From assembly GCA_963701965.1 (NCBI GenBank), contig OY969695.1:640001-704000 (forward strand): a stretch of 64,000 nucleotides of DNA, given 5' to 3'. This stretch comes from an uncultured Gemmatimonadales bacterium (GTDB taxonomy: Bacteria; Gemmatimonadota; Gemmatimonadetes; Gemmatimonadales; Gemmatimonadaceae). The translations under genes and the position numbers were made by a program. Below the pieces are notes generated by a model. The model saw nothing but the letters and a program-made list of their open reading frames with translations, was not told the origin of the DNA and did no database searches. Within the stretch, counting starts at the first letter, position 1, and each line of letters starts with the position of its first letter. Of the stretch, positions 8,787 to 16,402 are shown piece by piece.

Positions 8787-9296
8787 ATGCGACGCGCACA
8801 TGCGGCATTGGCATTCGCGGTATTGGCATTCGCGGTATTGGCATTCGCGGTATTGGCCGTTCTCGCGTTGGCGCCGGGCAGCGCCGGCGCCCAGATGATC
8901 ACGGCGAACCCCTGTTCGCTGCTGACCACGCGCGAAGTCCAGGCCGCGACTCGCGACACGGTCACGGTGGCTCCCGTGCTGTCACAGTTCCAGATCCCCG
9001 AGTGCGCCATCGCGACGGCGCCGCCGGGCGGCGGGCCATCCAATGGCGTCGTCAAGATCCGGATCGAGTCGACGCGCGACTACGACGACTTGTTCTGGGC
9101 CGCCGCGACCACGGACCGCCAGCCCATCCCGGGGCTCGGCGACCGCGCCGTGATCATGGGCATCCCGCCGGTCGTCAAAGTCCTGCACCGCGGACACGTC
9201 TACACCATCAGCTACGAGAACGCCACGCTCCAGCCGGACGAGATCAAGACGCGCGAGCGGGCGCTGGCCGCCTTCGCGATCGCCCGCGCCCCTTGA
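8787..9296 (+). CDS. Hypothetical secreted protein
   Basis: Signal peptide ending AGA|Q; NPCSLLT and IPGLGDRA motifs; lies immediately upstream of the histidine kinase. Confidence 0.7.
   Translation: MRRAHAALAFAVLAFAVLAFAVLAVLALAPGSAGAQMITANPCSLLTTREVQAATRDTVTVAPVLSQFQIPECAIATAPPGGGPSNGVVKIRIESTRDYDDLFWAAATTDRQPIPGLGDRAVIMGIPPVVKVLHRGHVYTISYENATLQPDEIKTRERALAAFAIARAP
8807..8857 (+). repeat. 15-bp tandem repeat (ATTGGCATTCGCGGT x3 plus partial) within the signal peptide
   Basis: Exact copies at 8807, 8822 and 8837 encode LAFAV x3. Confidence 0.95.
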
Positions 9297-9298
9297 CG

Positions 9299-10534
9299 AT
9301 GCTGGCGAGCGACAACGAGCCGCTCGTCGAGCTCCGGGATCGCGCGGAGCGCCAACTCAATGCGGTGCGGGCCGTCATTCTCGGGCTGCTCACGATCGCG
9401 GCCCTGGCCTACGCGCCGACGCTGACGCCGGCGCTTCGCATGGTGAACGTGTCGATCCTCGTTCCCACGTTGGCCTGGACCTTCTTCCAGTACGCCCGGT
9501 GGTACGGACAGGGGCGGTTGCCGGCGTGGCTTACGATCGCCAACCCGGTCGTGGACGTCACCGCCGTCACGGCCAGCATGTTCGGGTACGGCATGACGCA
9601 GTCGGCGGGGTTGGCGCTCAAGGCGCCCATCTTCCTCGCCTACTTCGCGATTCTGGCGGCCCGCCCGGTGACGTCGTCCACCCGGATCGCGGCCGCCGTG
9701 TCGGCGCTCGTGGTCGGCGAGTACGCCGCGCTGGTGGCCTTCGTGATCATGACCGGCCGGGTGGCGGTGACGGCAAGCCCGCTCGCGGCGGCGGCCGGGA
9801 GCGCGGTCGCGCCGCTCAATGAGGGCGCGAAGCTGCTGCTGCTGGCCGTTGCCGGCGCCGCGTCCGCGTACGCCACGGCGTGGCACGAGCGCCTGGCCCT
9901 TCGCTACGCGGAAGCGGCGCGGGAGCAAGAGCGCCTCGCGGTCCGACTCGGGCGGGCCCAGTTCGAGAGTCTCAAGCAGCAGTTGCAGCCGCATTTCCTC
10001 TTCAACGCCTTGAATGCGATCACGGCGCTCATCGCGATCGACGCCCGCGCCGCGGAGCGCGCGGTGAACGGCCTCGGCGAGTTGCTCCGCCTCTCGCTCG
10101 AGGCCGGGGCCGAACACGAAGTGCGGATCGAGCGCGAGTTGGAGCTGCTCGGACACTACGTCGGCGTGCAGCGGTTGCGGTTTCAGGAACGCTTAGCCGT
10201 GCGCATCGACTTGGATCCGGCCGCGCGGGCGGCCATCGTGCCCAACCTCGTGCTGCAACCCCTGGTCGAGAACGCCATTCGCCACGGCATCCAGCCGCGC
10301 GCCTCGGGGGGCACCGTGAACGTCCGCGCCCTGCGCGACGGCGGGGTGCTCCGGCTGACGGTGACCGACGACGGGATCGGGGCCAGTCTCGACGGCTCGT
10401 ACCGCGAGGGCATAGGTTTGGGCAACACACGCGCGCGCCTCCGGCACCTGTACGGAGACCGCCAGCGCCTGACCGTGTCGACCGCGCCGGGCGCCGGATT
10501 CACGGTCGACATCGAGCTACCGTATCGCACGTGA
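9299..10534 (+). CDS. LytS/YehU-family sensor histidine kinase
   Basis: Multi-TM N-terminus; QLQPHFLFNALN H-box, LQPLVENAIRHG, DDG.G and GIGLGN motifs; ATG at 9299. Confidence 0.92.
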   Translation: MLASDNEPLVELRDRAERQLNAVRAVILGLLTIAALAYAPTLTPALRMVNVSILVPTLAWTFFQYARWYGQGRLPAWLTIANPVVDVTAVTASMFGYGMTQSAGLALKAPIFLAYFAILAARPVTSSTRIAAAVSALVVGEYAALVAFVIMTGRVAVTASPLAAAAGSAVAPLNEGAKLLLLAVAGAASAYATAWHERLALRYAEAAREQERLAVRLGRAQFESLKQQLQPHFLFNALNAITALIAIDARAAERAVNGLGELLRLSLEAGAEHEVRIERELELLGHYVGVQRLRFQERLAVRIDLDPAARAAIVPNLVLQPLVENAIRHGIQPRASGGTVNVRALRDGGVLRLTVTDDGIGASLDGSYREGIGLGNTRARLRHLYGDRQRLTVSTAPGAGFTVDIELPYRT

Positions 10535-11319
10535 CCACGCTTCGGGTCGTGATTGTCGATGATGAACCGCTGGCGCGCTCGCGCCTGCGGGAGCTCCTGG
10601 CCGACGACCCCGCGGTCGCGGTCGTGGCCGAGTGCGGCAATGGCCGCGACGCCGTGACGACGATCCAACACGAGTCGCCCGACGTCGTCCTGCTCGACAT
10701 TCAGATGCCGGAGATGGACGGGTTCGGCGTCGTGCGCGCGGTGGGGGCCGACCACATGCCGGCCGTCGTGTTCGTCACCGCCTCGGACGCCCACGCCGTC
10801 GCCGCGTTCGAGGTGCACGCGGTCGACTACGTGCTCAAGCCCGTGGATCGCGAGCGGTTTGCCGAGGCCATGCGCCGGGCGAAGGAGCGCGTGACGTCGC
10901 CGGACGATCTGCGGGCGCGTTTGACGGCGCTCGTCGCCAATGTCTCGTCGGTCGCACGGGGCGCACCCGCGCCCGTGGCATCGCGCCTCGCCATCCGCAC
11001 GGTGCGCGGCAACGGCCGCGTGTTGTTCATCCGGACGGCGGACATCGACTGGTGCGAGGCGATGGACAATCACTTGCGCCTACACGTCGGATCTGAGACG
11101 TACGTCATCCGCGAAACGTTGACCAACCTCGAGCAACGACTCCCCGCGGGCGCCTTCCTGCGCGTGCACCGTTCGTCGTTGGTGAACATCGAAAGAATTC
11201 GAGAAATTCAGCCGTGGTTTGGCGGCGATTATGTCCTGATTCTCTTGGATGGCACGAAAGTTACGACCGGCCGCCGGTACCGCGCGGCCGTCCAGACATT
11301 CCTCGATCGATCCTCCTAG
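10531..11319 (+). CDS. LytTR-family response regulator
   Basis: IVDDEPLAR, LLDIQMP, FVTA and DYVLKP receiver motifs; FLRVHRSSLVN LytTR domain; GTG start overlaps the kinase stop (GTGA). Confidence 0.93.
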   Translation: MTTLRVVIVDDEPLARSRLRELLADDPAVAVVAECGNGRDAVTTIQHESPDVVLLDIQMPEMDGFGVVRAVGADHMPAVVFVTASDAHAVAAFEVHAVDYVLKPVDRERFAEAMRRAKERVTSPDDLRARLTALVANVSSVARGAPAPVASRLAIRTVRGNGRVLFIRTADIDWCEAMDNHLRLHVGSETYVIRETLTNLEQRLPAGAFLRVHRSSLVNIERIREIQPWFGGDYVLILLDGTKVTTGRRYRAAVQTFLDRSS

Positions 11320-11320
11320 T

Positions 11321-11356
11321 TCTTACCCCGCGCGGTTAGCTGTTCGCCCCAAACGC
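11321..11356 (+). promoter_or_regulatory. Putative LytTR box A (9-bp direct repeats, 21-bp period)
   Basis: TCTTACCCC (11321) and GTTCGCCCC (11342); 27 of 33 nt identical to box B. Confidence 0.7.
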
Positions 11357-11432
11357 ATCGCCCCCAGCGACACTCACAGCGACGTTGCGGCTTAGGCACG
11401 AATCGGTCAATTCGCTATCTGGGGGGTGTGCC

Positions 11433-11813
11433 ATGAAGGTCCATTCTTACTCGTCCTTAGCCATCGCCGCCGCGGTCATGGCCGCCTGCGGCTCCAGCAC
11501 TTCGCCAGGTTCCACGAGCCCGGGTGGTGGTGCCAGCAAGACGGTATCGATTTCGTGCACGAATTCGAACTACAACATGGCTGGCTCGTGCGCGTTCGGG
11601 CCGAACCCCGACACGGTTTCCGTGGGCGATACCGTCACGTTCGCTTTTCCTTCCAGCTCCTCTCACTCCGTGTCCTTCCAAGCCTCGGGCGCACCGGCTG
11701 ACGTGCCGCCAGCCACCGGCGGGAACTTTCCCCGAACCTTCGCGACCGCTGGCACATTCCCGTACGTCTGCACCGTGCATCCGTACATGACCGGCACCGT
11801 CGTAGTCAAATGA
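11433..11813 (+). CDS. Cupredoxin (plastocyanin/amicyanin-like) lipoprotein 1
   Basis: MAAC lipobox; type-1 Cu ligands in HSVSF and CTVHPYM. Confidence 0.88.
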   Translation: MKVHSYSSLAIAAAVMAACGSSTSPGSTSPGGGASKTVSISCTNSNYNMAGSCAFGPNPDTVSVGDTVTFAFPSSSSHSVSFQASGAPADVPPATGGNFPRTFATAGTFPYVCTVHPYMTGTVVVK

Positions 11814-11846
11814 CGACTTGTCGGATCTGAGACCACCGCCGAGCGC

Positions 11847-11882
11847 GGCTACCCCGCACGGGTAGCCGTTTACCCCAAAGGC
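11847..11882 (+). promoter_or_regulatory. Putative LytTR box B
   Basis: GGCTACCCC (11847) and GTTTACCCC (11868), 21 bp apart. Confidence 0.7.
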
Positions 11883-11943
11883 GTGACGTCAGAGGCGCCT
11901 AGCCGTGAATTTCCCCAGGACAACTCACACGGGAGTCCGAGGG

Positions 11944-12312
11944 ATGAAGGCAACAGATTTGATGCTCATGGCTGTGGTCGTCGCGGCGAGCGCATGTGGC
12001 GGGTCATCGTCTCCGATGCAACCAGGGGGCGGGCAAGGCGGTGGGCATTCGGCCACCATCACAGCGAGTGGCCAGAACACGGCGCCGAACTATTTCTTCT
12101 CGCCCACACCGGACACGATCAAAGTCGGATCGACACTGACATTCACCGCCAGCGACGTGCTGCATGACGTCTTTTTCGACACGCCGGGCTCGCCCCAGAA
12201 TATTGGCGACATCATGAACTCGTCGGTCAGCCGCGTCTTCCCGACCGCCGGCACTTTCAACTATCACTGCGCCATCCACCCGTTCATGACTGGGGTCGTG
12301 GTCGTCCAGTGA
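11944..12312 (+). CDS. Cupredoxin (plastocyanin/amicyanin-like) lipoprotein 2
   Basis: ASAC lipobox; HDVFF and YHCAIHPFM type-1 Cu ligands. Confidence 0.88.
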   Translation: MKATDLMLMAVVVAASACGGSSSPMQPGGGQGGGHSATITASGQNTAPNYFFSPTPDTIKVGSTLTFTASDVLHDVFFDTPGSPQNIGDIMNSSVSRVFPTAGTFNYHCAIHPFMTGVVVVQ

Positions 12313-13154
12313 GAATACGCGCCGCGGGAGTCGCGATCGGTTGCGTGGCGCTCGGTTCGTCGGTTGCCCGCGGCCAATGCAAGCCGCCCTTGAACAGTAA
12401 CGAAGCCAAGCTGCTTGCGTTTTACGAAGCGCCGGTCGTGTTCGCGCCCGCGGACGCGCCGGCGACATTGGCGCCGTGGCACGTGGGATTGGTGGGCGAG
12501 CTCACCTACGTGCCGACGGCCCCGTCCTCGATCACAACCACGGGCTTCTGCTTCGAGTCGAAGCAGCAAGACACGCATCTGTCGCCCATCTTGCCGCGGA
12601 TTCGCGTGTCGCTCGGGCTCCCGATGGGATTTTCGATCGAGGGCAGTTACCTGCCCCCTATCACGGTGGCGAGTGCCACGCCGAACTTCGGCAGCCTGGC
12701 CGTCGCCTACACCCACGAGCTCTCGCCGTTCGTCGTCCTGCAAGGGCGCATCCATGGAACGGTCGGCACGGTGAAGGGGCCGATCACCTGTTCCAAGTCT
12801 GCGCTGCAGCAGTCCGACCCGACGCAGCCGTGCTACGGCACGCAGCCGTCCGATGACACCTTCAAGCCCAACTCGATCGGAGCGGATGTGGCCGCCGGCT
12901 TCACGCCCAATGGCGGACGCTTCACGGTCTACGGCGGGGTGGGGTACGCCTACCTGCCCGCCCGCTTCCAAGTCGACTTCACCGACTTGAACGGATTCAC
13001 CGACCGGACGCCAGTCGAAGTCGGCATGAGCCGCGAGAGTATCTTCGGCGGGCTCGATGTCCGCATCATCGAGGGTCTCTCCGCCGGTGCGCAGGTGTAC
13101 TCGGTGCCCGCCGACCTCACGACGTTCCGGGTGTCGGTCGGCTATCGGCTGTGA
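12309..13154 (+). CDS. Hypothetical secreted protein, probable outer-membrane beta-barrel
   Basis: Signal peptide; alternating amphipathic strands; C-terminal VSVGYRL; GTGA-coupled to cupredoxin 2. Confidence 0.6.
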   Translation: MRIRAAGVAIGCVALGSSVARGQCKPPLNSNEAKLLAFYEAPVVFAPADAPATLAPWHVGLVGELTYVPTAPSSITTTGFCFESKQQDTHLSPILPRIRVSLGLPMGFSIEGSYLPPITVASATPNFGSLAVAYTHELSPFVVLQGRIHGTVGTVKGPITCSKSALQQSDPTQPCYGTQPSDDTFKPNSIGADVAAGFTPNGGRFTVYGGVGYAYLPARFQVDFTDLNGFTDRTPVEVGMSRESIFGGLDVRIIEGLSAGAQVYSVPADLTTFRVSVGYRL

Positions 13155-13492
13155 ACCGGCGCGCGGTGATCACGGCGATGCGGTACGGAATCGCGATCGT
13201 GTTCATCGGCGCGGGCGGTGCCAAGCTGCTGAGCGTCCCGCCAATGGTGGCCGAATTCCGGGCCATCCCGGTCGGTCCGTGGTTCCGCTACGCGGTGGGC
13301 CTGTACGAAATCGCGAGCGCGATCCTGCTCGCGATGCCGGACGCCGCATGGCTTGGCACGCGGGCGCTCATCCTGCTCATGATCGGCGGCGCCGTCACCG
13401 AGGTCGTCGCGCTCCACCGGTTCCCGGTGGCTTCGGGCGCGATGCTCGCGGTGTGTGCGACGCTCCTTTCCCTTCAACGACGACCCCATTGA
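13151..13492 (+). CDS. DoxX-family membrane protein
   Basis: F..AG..KL, F..I..G.WFRY..G..EI and MIGGA patterns; four hydrophobic segments. Confidence 0.75.
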   Translation: MNRRAVITAMRYGIAIVFIGAGGAKLLSVPPMVAEFRAIPVGPWFRYAVGLYEIASAILLAMPDAAWLGTRALILLMIGGAVTEVVALHRFPVASGAMLAVCATLLSLQRRPH

Positions 13493-13495
13493 CGT

Positions 13496-14008
13496 ATGCT
13501 GCGCCTCTTGCTTCTGACATCGGTGTTGCTGATCGGCGCCCGGAGCCCTTCGCTCCCGCCCGCCAGCGCGACCTATACCTTGGTGCCCGACTCCAGCGAT
13601 GACATCAAGGCCGCGGTGAACCAGACGGTCGAGCACATGAGCTTCATCACGCGGCCGGTGGCCCGCGGACGTCTCAACCGCACGAATCCCCTGCCCCAGA
13701 AGATGCGCGTGAACAGCAGCGCCGACACGCTCGCGGTGGCCTTCGACAATGGCAATCCCGTCGTCACGCCGTTCAATGGCGATACGGTGGCGTGGCGGAG
13801 CTCCCTGACCAACGAAGACTACAAGGCCCACGCCGAGCAGGCGGGCGATACGACCAGCCAGATCATCGTCGCGCCGGACGGCGTGCGCAAGAACTCGTAT
13901 GTGTCGTCCGACGGCGGCGCCCGCCTCCAACTCCTCGTCACGGTCACCAGCCATCGCTTGCCGCAACCGTTGCACTACACACTTCTTTTCCGTCGCGACG
14001 GCGCCTAA
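13496..14008 (+). CDS. Hypothetical secreted protein
   Basis: Signal peptide; operonic spacing (3 bp) from the DoxX gene. Confidence 0.7.
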   Translation: MLRLLLLTSVLLIGARSPSLPPASATYTLVPDSSDDIKAAVNQTVEHMSFITRPVARGRLNRTNPLPQKMRVNSSADTLAVAFDNGNPVVTPFNGDTVAWRSSLTNEDYKAHAEQAGDTTSQIIVAPDGVRKNSYVSSDGGARLQLLVTVTSHRLPQPLHYTLLFRRDGA

Positions 14009-14019
14009 GATGGGGGCCT

Positions 14020-15762
14020 ATGCCCCCCCATATCGCCCGCGCCGGCCTGCTCGGCGCCTGCCTCCTCGGCGCCTGCCAGGCGCGTGATCGCGCCCCGGCG
14101 GCGCCGCCGACGGGATTCAGCCAATTCGTCGACGCGTACTTCGACTCGTCGTTCGCATTCACGCCGACCGCCGGTACCGCCGCCGGATTTCACCAGTATG
14201 ATGACCGCCTCGACGACCGGTCGGCGGCGACCGTGGGCCGGCGCATCGGGACACTGCGGGCCCAATTGGCGGCGCTCGACGCCCTGCGCGCGGGATCGCT
14301 CCCGGCGGATGACGCGATCGACGCGTCGTTGATCGACGGCGCCATTCGCTCCGAGCTCCAGGATCTCGACGTGCTCGGGAATTGGCGCAAGAATCCGATC
14401 GGGTACGTGGGGCTGCCGGGCAACGCGGTCGATCTGCTCATGAAACGCAATTTCGCGCCGGCGGCCGACCGCCTCCGATCGGTCACCGCGCGCTTGCGCC
14501 AGGCGCCCACGGCGTTGGCGGCCATGCGCGTCAATGTCGACAACCCGCCCGTCGAGTTCACGGACCTCGCCATTCGTGTTGCGGGTGGGTCGGTTGGCTT
14601 CTTTCAGCATGACGTCGCGACGTGGGCCAAGGACGCCGCCGGCAGCGACAGCGGCGCCTGGCGGGCGTTCACGGCCGCCAACGACTCCGTGGTGGCCGCG
14701 ATGCAGAGCGCCACGACCTGGCTCACCAACGACCTCAAGCCCAAATCCCACGGATCGTTCGCCATCGGCCCCAAGAACTTCTCCGACAAGCTCAAGTACG
14801 ACGAGATGATCGACCTGCCGCTCGATCGCGTATTGGCGATCGGCGAGGCCAACCTGGACAAGGACTACAAGGATTTCGTGGCGACCGCCAAGCAAGTGGC
14901 GCCGGGCAAGTCGCCGCATGACGCGTACGTGTCGCTGGAGTCCGACCACCCGACGGCCGCGAATCTGATTCCCTCGGCGCGCGCCACCGTGGCCGGCGCC
15001 CGGCAGTTTTTGGTCGATCATCACATCGTCGATATTCCCTCGGCGACGATGCCGAGCGTCACTGAGACTCCGCCGTACGCGCGGGACGGATCGTTCGCGT
15101 CGATGGACTCCCCCGGGCCCTTCGAGACCAAGGCGACGGAGGCGTTTTACTACGTGACGCCGCCGGAGGCCGGTTGGGACGCGCAGCACGTGGAGGAGCA
15201 CCTCCGGTCCTTCAACCAGTCCGCGATGAACATCATCACGGTACACGAGGTCTTTCCGGGGCATTTTCTGCAGTTCCTCTACGTCAAGCAGTTTCCCACC
15301 AAGACCCGGCGGCTGATCCAGGTCGGATCGAACAGCGAGGGATGGGCCCACTACAGCGAGCAAATGATCGTGGAGGAAGGGTTCGGGAACGGCGATCCGC
15401 GGACGCACCTGGCGCAGCTCGAGGAAGCGCTGCTGCGGGATTGTCGCTACGTCGTGGGGATCAAGGAGCACACGCAAGGGCTCTCGGTCGCCGACGGCGC
15501 CAAGCAGTACTTCGTCGACAAGTGCTTCCAGGAACCTGCCAACGGCTACGAGGAAGCCCGCCGCGGCGCCTACAATCCCACCTACCTGTACTATACACTC
15601 GGCAAGCTGGCGATCTACAAACTGCGGGCCGACTATCAACGGGCCAAGGGGGCCGCGTACTCCCTGCGGCAGTTTCACGACGACTTCGTGAAGCAGGGCA
15701 GCATCCCCATCCCGGTCGTGCGCCGCATCCTCATTCCCGGGGACACCGCGGCGCCTTTGTGA
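14020..15762 (+). CDS. DUF885 family lipoprotein (putative metallopeptidase-like)
   Basis: HEVFPGH, EGWAHYSE, Y..GKL.I.KLR and FHD motifs; duplicated LLGAC lipobox. Confidence 0.85.
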   Translation: MPPHIARAGLLGACLLGACQARDRAPAAPPTGFSQFVDAYFDSSFAFTPTAGTAAGFHQYDDRLDDRSAATVGRRIGTLRAQLAALDALRAGSLPADDAIDASLIDGAIRSELQDLDVLGNWRKNPIGYVGLPGNAVDLLMKRNFAPAADRLRSVTARLRQAPTALAAMRVNVDNPPVEFTDLAIRVAGGSVGFFQHDVATWAKDAAGSDSGAWRAFTAANDSVVAAMQSATTWLTNDLKPKSHGSFAIGPKNFSDKLKYDEMIDLPLDRVLAIGEANLDKDYKDFVATAKQVAPGKSPHDAYVSLESDHPTAANLIPSARATVAGARQFLVDHHIVDIPSATMPSVTETPPYARDGSFASMDSPGPFETKATEAFYYVTPPEAGWDAQHVEEHLRSFNQSAMNIITVHEVFPGHFLQFLYVKQFPTKTRRLIQVGSNSEGWAHYSEQMIVEEGFGNGDPRTHLAQLEEALLRDCRYVVGIKEHTQGLSVADGAKQYFVDKCFQEPANGYEEARRGAYNPTYLYYTLGKLAIYKLRADYQRAKGAAYSLRQFHDDFVKQGSIPIPVVRRILIPGDTAAPL

Positions 15763-15972
15763 CACGGTCCGGTCAGGCAAACGGACAGGCGCCGTCATCT
15801 CGGTACTGAGATAGTCGTTGGCCCCTGATATTCCGACCACGCGGTGCGGTCGTCTGTCCCGACCGCCGACGTCCAATCTGGCCTTCACCCACGCCACGGA
15901 CGCGACGCTGCCGGATCTCGGCGGCGGGGCGCCAAAGGCGCAAATGCAACAGTTGTTCACTCCGTAGGGACA

Positions 15973-16009
15973 GGCCGTCTCCCCCAGGGGAGGCGGCCCG
16001 TTTTCTTTT
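15973..16009 (+). terminator. Rho-independent terminator
   Basis: GGCCGTCTCCCC / GGGGAGGCGGCC stem followed by TTTTCTTTT. Confidence 0.75.
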
Positions 16010-16094
16010 GCGTCCGCGGATAAACATCTGAGGGCGCCACCGGGCGTCGCCGAATGGGCAACGCGGCTCGACTCCTGGAGACCCAACCATCGGC

Positions 16095-16145
16095 GTTCAC
16101 CACGCCCACAGAGATTTTCACCCCCGATTAGCAGCGGTTCGTCCC
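16095..16145 (+). promoter_or_regulatory. Putative LytTR box C (three repeats) upstream of the SusC-like gene
   Basis: GTTCACCAC (16095), TTTCACCCC (16116) and GTTCGTCCC (16137), each exactly 21 bp apart. Confidence 0.65.
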
Positions 16146-16175
16146 TGCGATCTCAACTCAATGTCAACCTGCTTC

Positions 16176-16205
16176 TTGACAGAGTCTGGTTACGTGCGTG
16201 ACAAT
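16176..16205 (+). promoter_or_regulatory. Putative sigma70 promoter for the SusC/SusD-like pair
   Basis: TTGACA (16176-16181), 18-nt spacer, GACAAT (16200-16205). Confidence 0.45.
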
Positions 16206-16231
16206 TGGCCGCCTTTGTTTTTGTACGAGGT

Positions 16232-16267
16232 TCATAGTACGGCACTCATAGTACGACACTCATAGTA
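16232..16267 (+). repeat. 14-bp-period direct repeat (TCATAGTA x3) in the SusC leader
   Basis: TCATAGTACGGCAC TCATAGTACGACAC TCATAGTA at 16232, 16246 and 16260. Confidence 0.9.
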
Positions 16268-16402
16268 ACGGAGGAGGAGGGATGAGCTCATGACATGTCA
16301 GTTGTGGGTGGATGGAATGGCGTTTGTCGCCGGAGCGCAATTCCGCGCTCGGCAGGCGGCGCGCGGGATCTCCTTGAAGGGGGCGGGTGGAGGGATGACA
16401 CT

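Noticed and set aside
15770..15970. Glycine, TPP or 6S RNA, suggested by the words TCAGGCAAA.GGAC, CGCCAAAGGCGCAA, CTGAGA and CGTAGGGA
   Set aside because: The words are in the wrong order or spacing, and other required conserved elements (GGAGAG, CTCTCAGG, ACCTGATC) are missing.
16031..16090. tRNA or tRNA remnant (GGCTCGACTCC...ACCA)
   Set aside because: The T-stem does not pair, and no acceptor or anticodon arms can be folded.
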